Shown piece by piece: positions 54,869-63,490 of a stretch of DNA of 64,000 nucleotides. Location: IMG/VR virus record IMGVR_UViG_3300030380_004057, positions 12,965 to 76,964 of that record, one strand, 5' to 3'. The stretch is from a virus. Position numbers and translations under genes: made by a program. Every line of letters begins with the position of its first letter. Positions within the stretch are counted from its first letter, which is position 1. The notes under the pieces are model-generated. The model was not told where the DNA came from. It searched no databases and worked only from the letters and a program-made list of their open reading frames with translations.

Positions 54869-56526
54869 CCATCGCAAGCAACGCAGTCTTCCATAGCTTT
54901 TGCGGCTATATCTCCACGTAGCACTGATTCAGTGCGCATATAATATAAAGTTTTAATACCTTTTTTCCAAGCATCTAAATGAACTTGGTTAATCCATTTT
55001 GGTGAAGCTTCAGCTGGAAAAGCTAAGTTTAAGCTAACTGATTGGTCAATATATTGTTGTCTTACGCCGGCTTGTCTTACTAGCTCTAACTGATTTATTT
55101 CTTTAAATGTTTTAAATACTTCTTTGGTATCTTCGTCTAAACCTTCTATGTCTTGCACCGAACCACCATCTGCTAATATTTTGTCCCATGTTTCTTTTGT
55201 ATTTAATTTTAATTCATTTAACACTTTAACTAGTGTTGGATTTTTTCTTATAAATGTACCTTTAGCTGACTGCTCTGTAAATACATTAGCAGCCCAAGGC
55301 TCTATTCCTGGTGAAACATTTCCCGCAAGCTTGCTATTACTAACAGTGGGAGCAATAGCACGCAAGTGAGTATTGCGAAAACCAGTACCAACACACCAGA
55401 GAGGCTCGCCAAACTCTTCAGCAAGAGCCATACTAGCACGTTCACTTTCGATTTTGATTTGGCTGAATATTCTTCTTGTTTCATATTGTGACAATAGACC
55501 CTCAAATGGTAAACCTTTTTCTTGTAAATACGTATGCCAGCCGAGTACACCTAAACCTAATGCTCTACCTTTTTCAGCAGATCTTACAGAGTTTTCAAAA
55601 CCTTTTCTGTATTTAGCTCTTTGTATAAACTCTTCAAGCACACCGTCAAGAAACCATATTGAGTCATAAATTATATTAGTATTTTTCCACTCATCGTGTT
55701 TAGCTAGGTTTAAACTAGACAGACAACAAACAAAGCTATGATTTTCATCTGTGTGCAATACTATTTCACTACATATATTAGTCATATGTACTTTTAATGC
55801 GTTGTCTTTGTAAGCTGCTGGATTTTGCTTATTTGTATTTCCTTTAAATAAAATATAAGGTTCGCCAGTTGCTTTGCGCTTTTGTAAAAGTTTACTCCAT
55901 TTTGTTCTTGCTTTAATATCTCCTGTAGTAAGCTTTCGCATAAACTTATCACCGACAACTGCACATTGATGTAGGTTGAGAGACTGTCTATTGACGTCTC
56001 CTTTTGGTTCTCTAATCTCGAGCCATTCTTCAAAATCGTCATGTTCAATGTTGATATTAACTGATGCAGCTCCTCGTCTGACAGCACCTTGATTAGTGGC
56101 AAGTATAGTTGAATCATATATTTTACAAAACGGTACAACTCCGTCGGGTCTAATTTGATTTACACCGATACCAACTCCACCGCCGTGTTTAGCGAGTAGC
56201 ATCATCTCTAAATTTTTTTGACCTATGTCAATAATGCTGTCAGCCACGTCAATACCAAAACAGCTAATAGGCAAACCCCTATCAGTGCCAGTATTACTAA
56301 GCACAGGCGATGCAAGGCATAACCATCCTTTCCAAATGTATTCAAAAAATACTTCTGCCATTTCGGTCTTCTGTAATCTTTTCGCAACTGTTCTAGTAAC
56401 TCTTTCGTACGCTTGTCTTGGTGTTTCGCCATTATATAAATAACCTCCTCCTATTGTTTTTTTATAAACTTCGTTATCACCCCACTCAGGATAATCAACT
56501 CCTTTTTTCCACTGGTTGTTCCACAT
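54865..56526 (-). CDS. nrdA: ribonucleotide reductase class I alpha subunit
   Basis: PISCF, GGGVG, TNICSEI, CCLSSLN, AIAPT, C-terminal CVACDG. Confidence 0.95.
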   Translation of the reverse strand: MWNNQWKKGVDYPEWGDNEVYKKTIGGGYLYNGETPRQAYERVTRTVAKRLQKTEMAEVFFEYIWKGWLCLASPVLSNTGTDRGLPISCFGIDVADSIIDIGQKNLEMMLLAKHGGGVGIGVNQIRPDGVVPFCKIYDSTILATNQGAVRRGAASVNINIEHDDFEEWLEIREPKGDVNRQSLNLHQCAVVGDKFMRKLTTGDIKARTKWSKLLQKRKATGEPYILFKGNTNKQNPAAYKDNALKVHMTNICSEIVLHTDENHSFVCCLSSLNLAKHDEWKNTNIIYDSIWFLDGVLEEFIQRAKYRKGFENSVRSAEKGRALGLGVLGWHTYLQEKGLPFEGLLSQYETRRIFSQIKIESERASMALAEEFGEPLWCVGTGFRNTHLRAIAPTVSNSKLAGNVSPGIEPWAANVFTEQSAKGTFIRKNPTLVKVLNELKLNTKETWDKILADGGSVQDIEGLDEDTKEVFKTFKEINQLELVRQAGVRQQYIDQSVSLNLAFPAEASPKWINQVHLDAWKKGIKTLYYMRTESVLRGDIAAKAMEDCVACDG

Positions 56527-56779
56527 CTTCTCTTTTGTTTATATCTTTTAATTGTTCAACTATTTTATCCCACTCATCTTTACCAATATGTATTTGAAAA
56601 GATGTTAGCATACCTTGTGTAAATGTTTCTAATGCATTTAGTTTTACTAAGGCTTTTTTTAATGCAGATCCTAGTATATCTACTTTACGCTGCATATCTA
56701 TTAATTTACTTTCTTTCATTTTAAAAAATGTATTATCCACGCAACTAAGCCGTTTATATTTAAAACAACTAAGTTCCAT
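56495..56779 (-). CDS. hypothetical protein (start probably 56719)
   Basis: MKESKLIDMQRKV... helical ORF. Confidence 0.6.
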   Translation of the reverse strand: MELSCFKYKRLSCVDNTFFKMKESKLIDMQRKVDILGSALKKALVKLNALETFTQGMLTSFQIHIGKDEWDKIVEQLKDINKREDVEQPVEKRS

Positions 56780-57096
56780 TGTTTTCTATAAGTTACTTGA
56801 ACTAACACGCAACTAAAACCTGCTATAAATAATATAGGTTCTAATGTCCAGTGTGCTGCTAGTATCATACCTGCACCCATATAACCTATGCGTACTGGTA
56901 AATTTTTACTACCAAATATCTTCAAAATCTTCACCTTCATTAGCTTTGCTATAATCAGTTGGACGGATCGCGAAAAAATCTGTATGGGTGTGACCACCAG
57001 TAAGATGATAAAACCAATCAAGTACATCAGCGCTAGCTCTATCAAAGCTAAAGAACCTTCTTTTATCATTGTAACCCAACTCCATAAGTTTTTCAT
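56716..57096 (-). CDS. small membrane protein (start uncertain, possibly 56940)
   Basis: Hydrophobic C-terminal 70 aa fills the gap after nrdB; N-terminal part overlaps nrdB in +1 frame. Confidence 0.55.
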   Translation of the reverse strand: MKNLWSWVTMIKEGSLALIELALMYLIGFIILLVVTPIQIFSRSVQLIIAKLMKVKILKIFGSKNLPVRIGYMGAGMILAAHWTLEPILFIAGFSCVLVQVTYRKQWNLVVLNINGLVAWIIHFLK

Positions 57097-57877
57097 TTGT
57101 CCTTTTTCTTATAAATTGTTTTAAATCGTTTGCTTTAAGGTTTTCAATATCACCCATTTCAAACATTTTATCTATATATTTTTCTTCAAGATCAATCATT
57201 ATTTTAGCAGCTGTGTATATATCTTCTTTACATTCTTCTTTTAATGTAGGTATTTCTTCACACATATGTCTAAAAAGTTGACAACCCATTTTACTATGTA
57301 ATGATTCGTCTCTTACAGACCATTTCATTTGCTGTCCTATTCCTTTGAGAAGATTTCGTAATTGAAAAGAATATAAAACAGCGAAAGCTGAATACAAACT
57401 AACGCCTTCTGCGAAGGCAGAAAATATTGCCAAGCTTCTACCAATGCCAACAGGATCATCACCGTCATAAGCAACCAAGTTATCAAACCTTTGCGATGTT
57501 GCCGGCTCGTGAAGAAACGCTTCAAAGTCTTCAAGTCCAAGTGTTTCATTTAAATAACTATATGCAACAGCGTGTATTGTTTCTTGTGAGCCGAACATCA
57601 TAGCCATCTGTTGCACTTCGTGTTTTGGAAACCATGATACGACTTTTTGTGTCCAGTAATCAGATACAGCACATTCAGTTTGAGCAAAACCTAATAGTAT
57701 ATTACCAACTAAGTTTTTTTCAGCTAAAGTTAGTTTTTCGTTCCAGTCTTTAACATCACCTGACATAGGTATTTCTGTATGTAACCAAAACGCTTGAGCT
57801 TGCTTTAACCAACCTTCGGTATAATATATAGGGTATTCAAACGGTTTGTAAGGTATTCTTTCTTTAAATAGACTCAT
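56909..57877 (-). CDS. nrdB: ribonucleotide reductase class I beta subunit
   Basis: FW...EI..S.D..DW, ETIH..AY, EG, RDESLH, DFF. Confidence 0.95.
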   Translation of the reverse strand: MSLFKERIPYKPFEYPIYYTEGWLKQAQAFWLHTEIPMSGDVKDWNEKLTLAEKNLVGNILLGFAQTECAVSDYWTQKVVSWFPKHEVQQMAMMFGSQETIHAVAYSYLNETLGLEDFEAFLHEPATSQRFDNLVAYDGDDPVGIGRSLAIFSAFAEGVSLYSAFAVLYSFQLRNLLKGIGQQMKWSVRDESLHSKMGCQLFRHMCEEIPTLKEECKEDIYTAAKIMIDLEEKYIDKMFEMGDIENLKANDLKQFIRKRTNEKLMELGYNDKRRFFSFDRASADVLDWFYHLTGGHTHTDFFAIRPTDYSKANEGEDFEDIW

Positions 57878-58025
57878 TATTATAAGGTAATTCTAGTGCT
57901 ATATCTACAAATGGTAGATAAAACACATAAGTTAAACGAGTTTGTTCTTCATAAGCTCTTACACCAAACAATATGCCTGGGTAAAAACCTAATGACAAAC
58001 TCCAATTCCATTTTTCTTTATCCAT
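57864..58025 (-). CDS. small hypothetical protein (53 aa)
   Basis: Manual ORF MDKEKWNWSLSLGFYPGILFGVR... Confidence 0.55.
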   Translation of the reverse strand: MDKEKWNWSLSLGFYPGILFGVRAYEEQTRLTYVFYLPFVDIALELPYNNESI

Positions 58026-58191
58026 AAACTTTTATGTTATACTGGTCTTGATACTTAACCAGTTCTTTATATTTTATTCTTCCTCTTTGTTGCCAAGACC
58101 ATTTAACCCATTTATCAATTTGGCGCTCAGCGTATTTTTTCCTAGCTATTATTTTTGCAAGCTTAGGATTAACTCTACTGTTTCGTCGCAT
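58018..58191 (-). CDS. small basic hypothetical protein (57 aa)
   Basis: Manual ORF MRRNSRVNPKLAKIIARKKYAERQIDKW... Confidence 0.45.
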   Translation of the reverse strand: MRRNSRVNPKLAKIIARKKYAERQIDKWVKWSWQQRGRIKYKELVKYQDQYNIKVYG

Positions 58192-58598
58192 TGTTTTTGA
58201 TTTTGTGGTTTGTACAAAGTTGTTTTTATTTTGTTATCAGTTAAATACTTTTTAAATAGCTTCCAACGTATTGGAAAAGATTCGTTGGCTCTACCTTTAC
58301 ATTCAATAATAAAATTACTACCTATAAAATCTGGTGTATATTTAATTGGTAGTATTTTTTTATTACCTCTTTCTTTATATTCACCTTTACCATTAGCAGC
58401 TCTAGCTATACAGCTGTTTTTAAAATTAAAACCTTTTACTATTTCGTAAGTTTTACCCTCGTATTTAGCTTTTATTTTAGCTTTTTTTAGTGCTTGATAC
58501 ATATAACGCTCAAGACCTGAAGCAAATTTAATACCGTCATACGTTACTTTTTTTGCTTGTACAGGTCCGCGTTTTTTTCTTTTATAGATCTTCTTCAT
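58149..58598 (-). CDS. PD-(D/E)XK endonuclease, T7 endonuclease I/DUF1064-like resolvase
   Basis: F.SGLE, KYTPDF, IIECKG. Confidence 0.8.
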   Translation of the reverse strand: MKKIYKRKKRGPVQAKKVTYDGIKFASGLERYMYQALKKAKIKAKYEGKTYEIVKGFNFKNSCIARAANGKGEYKERGNKKILPIKYTPDFIGSNFIIECKGRANESFPIRWKLFKKYLTDNKIKTTLYKPQNQKQCDETVELILSLQK

Positions 58599-58884
58599 CT
58601 TCTAACAATTCATCTAAGTTATCATTGAACTTTTTTTGTTTGTTAATCATGCACTCTTCAATCTCATCACGTAAGCAAGCTCTTGCAGCTTGTATGTATA
58701 GCAAAGCATCCATTATTTCTTCTTGTACATCAATTAAGAAATCGTTAAGGTCTTTGTCTTTACCTTCAACTTCTTCCATCATCATTGCTCCGTATTTAGC
58801 TTGACCAATAAGACTACGTTGGTCTATCTTTTCGATAACTTGCTCTACGATTTTATCGTTAGTCTTTACTACGTATTTATTCAT
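58582..58884 (-). CDS. all-alpha NTP pyrophosphatase-like protein
   Basis: RS..G..KYG and QEEIMDALLY motifs. Confidence 0.6.
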   Translation of the reverse strand: MNKYVVKTNDKIVEQVIEKIDQRSLIGQAKYGAMMMEEVEGKDKDLNDFLIDVQEEIMDALLYIQAARACLRDEIEECMINKQKKFNDNLDELLEDEEDL

Positions 58885-59656
58885 CTTTTACAAATGTTCC
58901 GTTAATCATTTTACCTGTTCGTTTACTAATAACTTTGTACGCATCAGATATACAAGTTTCTATATCAGTTCCGTGTAAATGCGCTAGATTTGTTAATACA
59001 ACAACCATATCACCTATTGCGTCATTTATCTCATCATGATCATTGTTTAGTAATGCTTTAGCTAATTCACCAGCTTCTTCTTGAAGCTTAACATATTGAG
59101 TATGTGTATTACCTTTATCATATAAGCCTCTGTCTTGAGCCCACTCTCTGATTCTACTAAACATCGCATCATCTTCGCATTGAACCATAGTTGGTTCTGT
59201 AAACATATCTCTATTATCATAAGCTCTTGCAAAAGCTTTATTGTAAACATAACACCTATTGTTGTTGTACATAGATGTTTTAACATTATCCATTATCCAA
59301 TTAACTGTTTGTTTAGTAATATGTAAGGTACCGTGCTCTGTTTCCCACTTCATACCTATATTATCTAACAATTGTCCTTTTAGTTTATTAACTGGACATG
59401 GAAACGTAGTAGTTTGTTCTGTTACGTTTATATTCATTTTACTAGATTTAATTAATTCATTATATTTCTTACGATCAACTCTATAGCCGTAAGACTTTTG
59501 AAGTTCTATCTCTTTCTCTGATATATAATCTATATCATCGGACTGATCAAGAACTTCATATTCGTCTGGGTTATAACCCTGTGTTAACGTAACTCTCGTA
59601 TTAAGATTACGTGTAACACCAATCTTTTTACCCGGTATGTGATATAAATAATACAT
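58877..59656 (-). CDS. GIY-YIG-like domain fused to MazG pyrophosphatase
   Basis: YYLYH...KIGVT....R N-terminus; KLQEEAGEL...DAIGD C-terminus. Confidence 0.8.
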   Translation of the reverse strand: MYYLYHIPGKKIGVTRNLNTRVTLTQGYNPDEYEVLDQSDDIDYISEKEIELQKSYGYRVDRKKYNELIKSSKMNINVTEQTTTFPCPVNKLKGQLLDNIGMKWETEHGTLHITKQTVNWIMDNVKTSMYNNNRCYVYNKAFARAYDNRDMFTEPTMVQCEDDAMFSRIREWAQDRGLYDKGNTHTQYVKLQEEAGELAKALLNNDHDEINDAIGDMVVVLTNLAHLHGTDIETCISDAYKVISKRTGKMINGTFVKDE

Positions 59657-60327
59657 TATAATTTATCGTTGTATAAATGTAAATTGTGCGCATAGTGATA
59701 ATATTCACCAGCCTCAATATTTAACCTGTCTGCAACTAATTTTTGTATCATACTAAAACAGTATTGGTCATTACAAAAGCCGTACCAGAGATCATTAGAA
59801 CGCATTAAAACAGCCATGTTTAATGTATTGTTTACAATTGTAAATTGTATTGCATAGGTACACGGTGTATCTTTACTGTAATACTTATGTTCTTTACCAT
59901 CATATATACTTATTGCGGCGTGTCTAGTATTATTGTTGTGTTTAAGCTTAGCTACAACGTAGTCTATCTGATCATTACGATACATTTGCCAACCGTAGTT
60001 AGACATTACATTACCCTTGCTGTCAGCCATACGTTCCCATATCGGTGGTATTTTACCGTATAGTTCACCTAGCTTTTTAATATTAGGATCACCAGATAAA
60101 TACCACTGCCACTCTGCTTCAGCATAATCAGGTTTCCAATTACGTTCTTTGTTAAATATATAATTTTCTAGTGGTTTTTTTAACGTAAAACCTACGTTGA
60201 ATAAAGCTTTAGTATCACTGAATTCTATACCATCAGTTATTATTTTATCATAAAAATAATTATAAGCTTCGTCTGCATTATGAAATTTTCTGCGCATATT
60301 TATTATAATAATATTTGTAATACTCAT
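59656..60327 (-). CDS. thymidylate synthase-family enzyme, dCMP hydroxymethylase-like (start probably 60297)
   Basis: SNYGW, DTPCT, MRSNDLWYGFCND, NLHLY. Confidence 0.8.
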   Translation of the reverse strand: MSITNIIIINMRRKFHNADEAYNYFYDKIITDGIEFSDTKALFNVGFTLKKPLENYIFNKERNWKPDYAEAEWQWYLSGDPNIKKLGELYGKIPPIWERMADSKGNVMSNYGWQMYRNDQIDYVVAKLKHNNNTRHAAISIYDGKEHKYYSKDTPCTYAIQFTIVNNTLNMAVLMRSNDLWYGFCNDQYCFSMIQKLVADRLNIEAGEYYHYAHNLHLYNDKL

Positions 60328-60529
60328 ATAGCTTTATCCATATAGTTATACTACCATACGCTTCTGGCGATCTATGAGTTTTATTGTTTAATTTAATATC
60401 TACATACCATGTTCCTTCACCTGTAGCAAAAGGGGAAATAAAAATACCATTGTTTATACACCAATGGTAAGCTTTTTTTTCTTCACTAGTTTGTGAGTAT
60501 AACCCCATTACATTTATTTTTCTAGGCAT
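60278..60529 (-). CDS. hypothetical protein
   Basis: 83 aa ORF in operon. Confidence 0.6.
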   Translation of the reverse strand: MPRKINVMGLYSQTSEEKKAYHWCINNGIFISPFATGEGTWYVDIKLNNKTHRSPEAYGSITIWIKLYEYYKYYYNKYAQKIS

Positions 60530-62251
60530 TTATTCCCATGGCATTGGCTCTTCGCTGGCTACTTGTGCTAAGTCTGGTATAAAGCAACCTGACCTTGGCT
60601 CCCATGTAAAGAAAGCTTCAGCACCATTTTCACCTAAGTTTTGAAATTTTACTTTTAATACTTTTACTTTTGTGTTTTTAAGTTCATAATCCCTATGTAC
60701 TAGTAAACCGTGATAACTAGCATCATACCACTCACCACCGCCTTTAATATTATACATATTAGGCTCTTCAATTTTACCATCACTAGTTTTATACATTTTA
60801 GTTGGATGTGCTACAATAAAAACAAGTACGTCATATTTTTTAGCAAATGTTTCTATTTTAGTTAAATACTCCATAGTGTATAAGTTAACATCTAATGATG
60901 TTGCGTTTTTGTCTCTAACTTTATTAAATGGATCAATGACTAAACATTTAATACCTTTACGTTTAACAAGCTCTGCGCCTTTACGTAATACAGACTCAAG
61001 AGTATATTTTTCCATATCTATAAAAAAGAAGTTATCATTTACGTGATTAGCAACTTCTTTCCATTTAGCAGAACCAATATCATCTCTGTTTGGCATATCA
61101 CCCCATACTTTACGCATTAACTTATGCGCGTGTAAATAGTTTGGCGCGTTTTCTGGCGACGCAAATGCTGTCTTCCAGCTATAATTTTTATTATAACCTA
61201 CAACCATTTGATCTACAAAATCAGATTTACCTGAACTTGGTATGCCTGTTACTGTAATAAACTGACCTGTGTATGTAGAAAATATTTGATCAAAGTTAGA
61301 TAAACCTATTTGATAACCAGCTTTAAAACCGTTTTTAACAAAGTCTGTTACATCATTTTCTATGTCTTTAAATGTTGTAACATTTTCTAACGGATACGGT
61401 CTAGCTTGTTTAATAGCTTGCCTAAGCTTTTCTTTACCATGCTCCATTAAATATTCGTTAGCATCTTTGCATCCTTCAAAGTCTGCTAAAAAACAAACTT
61501 CAGCACCTAGCCTACGAACAAGCTCAGCACGTAATGCTAAACCAGGATCGTCTGTATCAACTGCTAATATTATTTTAGTTTTATCTTCAAAATAATCTAT
61601 ACAGTTATCAAGATAATCTAAATTATTATGACTAAGCGTAGCACCGTTAGGTACTGATATTGCATTTTTAATACCGGCTTCATGTAACGCTAGCACATCC
61701 ATCTCACCTTCAGTTATAATACAATTGTCATAACCTACTATACTATTAATATTATAAAATACTTTTTCAGCGCCTTTGTATAATTTAAAGTTTTTTCTAC
61801 CGTCGCGGTATTTTATGTTTATTAGCTGATCACCTACGTGATAAGTAAAATGTATCGTGTTCTCTTTTTTACCGGTTTGTGGCATATACTCAGAGCCCTC
61901 ACCAACTTGTAAGTTGATAAGGGTTTCTTCTGAGATGCCTCTACTTTTAAACCATTCAGCCACTTTGGTTCTAGGTATATTATAATCAGTTAAATCTATT
62001 GATGGTCTAACATAATCTTTATTACTAGCACCTTTACGTTGATAAGTGTGTAGTTGAAAAGTAGTGTTGCAATTGTGACAAGTACCGAGACCACGTTCCC
62101 AATCATAGCTAGCACATTTAGCTTTTTGATTTTTAGGTTTCCTAGTATGTGAGCAAAGAGGACATATACCTTGTTTCTTACCTTGCTCTAGGCCATATTG
62201 ATTGAGCTTGTCAATCAAAAATCCATTAATCTCTGTTGTTTCTACTTGCAT
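60530..62251 (-). CDS. DNA primase-helicase (T7 gp4/Twinkle-like)
   Basis: CPLC..CHNC Zn finger, TOPRIM EGEMD/DTD, Walker A GIPSSGKS, LVIDP, VAHP. Confidence 0.95.
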   Translation of the reverse strand: MQVETTEINGFLIDKLNQYGLEQGKKQGICPLCSHTRKPKNQKAKCASYDWERGLGTCHNCNTTFQLHTYQRKGASNKDYVRPSIDLTDYNIPRTKVAEWFKSRGISEETLINLQVGEGSEYMPQTGKKENTIHFTYHVGDQLINIKYRDGRKNFKLYKGAEKVFYNINSIVGYDNCIITEGEMDVLALHEAGIKNAISVPNGATLSHNNLDYLDNCIDYFEDKTKIILAVDTDDPGLALRAELVRRLGAEVCFLADFEGCKDANEYLMEHGKEKLRQAIKQARPYPLENVTTFKDIENDVTDFVKNGFKAGYQIGLSNFDQIFSTYTGQFITVTGIPSSGKSDFVDQMVVGYNKNYSWKTAFASPENAPNYLHAHKLMRKVWGDMPNRDDIGSAKWKEVANHVNDNFFFIDMEKYTLESVLRKGAELVKRKGIKCLVIDPFNKVRDKNATSLDVNLYTMEYLTKIETFAKKYDVLVFIVAHPTKMYKTSDGKIEEPNMYNIKGGGEWYDASYHGLLVHRDYELKNTKVKVLKVKFQNLGENGAEAFFTWEPRSGCFIPDLAQVASEEPMPWE

Positions 62252-62261
62252 TTAATTTAAT

Positions 62262-62576
62262 TTAAAATGGTAAATCGTCTTCTACCTGTGGCGCAGCCTG
62301 CGGTTGAGGCATTGCTGCTGGTTGATCTAGCTTAACTGGTTCTGGAAAAGTACCGTTAGTCCAAATAACCTTTGTATTACCGAGGTAAGTTTTAGCTACT
62401 TTAGCTTCTCTTTCCTCTTTTGTTTGATCTACAATAACTGGACCGTGATTGCCGAACTGATCGACTTCATCATTAACGGTTATAGCTATTGGCAAGTACT
62501 TACCTTTTTTACCATTGATAATTTTATCTTTAGGTATATTACTAAGGTTTATACTTGTTTTAATAATTCCTGCCAT
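62262..62576 (-). CDS. single-stranded DNA-binding protein (putative)
   Basis: 104 aa, GKKGKYL, acidic tail DDLPF. Confidence 0.75.
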   Translation of the reverse strand: MAGIIKTSINLSNIPKDKIINGKKGKYLPIAITVNDEVDQFGNHGPVIVDQTKEEREAKVAKTYLGNTKVIWTNGTFPEPVKLDQPAAMPQPQAAPQVEDDLPF

Positions 62577-62577
62577 A

Positions 62578-62796
62578 CTATACGTATTGATTTATTTGAT
62601 TAAACATCCTTTGTAACTGCTCTTTATTAGCATTTGTATTTCTTCTTAAATTGTCTACAGCTTTAACATGGTTTTGATTTTTGTAGAAATTATCTACAGA
62701 AGTTTCTAGTCCTGTTATACTGCATACTTTTAATTGAGGTTTTCTAGTTCTTGGCATATTATAAGGTTTTATTAATAAAATATTGTTTAGGGTCAA
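62578..62796 (-). CDS. hypothetical protein (start probably 62757)
   Basis: MPRTRKPQLKVCSITG... Confidence 0.55.
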   Translation of the reverse strand: MTLNNILLIKPYNMPRTRKPQLKVCSITGLETSVDNFYKNQNHVKAVDNLRRNTNANKEQLQRMFNQINQYV

Positions 62797-63490
62797 ATCC
62801 TTTTTGTTTGTAGAATAATTTATATGCTTCTACAGCACGCTGAACTTTATCTTGACCTTTTGCATAAAATTCAGGTGAACAATCAAATATACCTAGTTGA
62901 TGAGTATTTTTATCTATTACAATAAAAATCATTTCATAACCAAATAATTTGCTATAAATATAAGCTTGACTGTCATAGTTATATTTAGATGCTGACCATT
63001 TAAAACGAGTTATATCGTTTGTAGTTTTCAGATCAATAACTAATTTTTCATTGTGGTTAATAATATCTGCTTTACCTTTCCACATCTCACCTTCAAGCTC
63101 TATAATACCTGGTGTTTCATATTCTGTATTACTATCTCTTATCATTGCTTGACATACTTTATTATCTAACATAGTGTCAGATAATTTTTCTATCGAATCA
63201 ACTTCATGTTGTAGTAAACATAATTCACCACCAGACATCTCTTTGTAAACTTTAGTATTTCTAGTTGACGAAGGTATTACTCGGTATTTCTTCAACTTAT
63301 CTGGTTCAAGTATAGCGGTATGGAAATATCCGCCAACTAGAAAAGCAGGCCTAGGCTCGCTAGGCTTTCCTAAAGCTAAAGGATTTGTAAGTAATGTTCC
63401 GATATCAGAATTACTAAGATACTTTTTACCAAAGCTACCGTAGTAATATTCATCATCTCGCAACTTATTAATTACATCTTCTTTTTTCAT
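62759..63490 (-). CDS. RecE/exonuclease VIII-like PD-(D/E)XK nuclease (DUF3799-like)
   Basis: LSNS, G..FH..ILEP, KGKAD, IDLKTT, Y..QA..Y. Confidence 0.85.
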   Translation of the reverse strand: MKKEDVINKLRDDEYYYGSFGKKYLSNSDIGTLLTNPLALGKPSEPRPAFLVGGYFHTAILEPDKLKKYRVIPSSTRNTKVYKEMSGGELCLLQHEVDSIEKLSDTMLDNKVCQAMIRDSNTEYETPGIIELEGEMWKGKADIINHNEKLVIDLKTTNDITRFKWSASKYNYDSQAYIYSKLFGYEMIFIVIDKNTHQLGIFDCSPEFYAKGQDKVQRAVEAYKLFYKQKGFDPKQYFINKTL

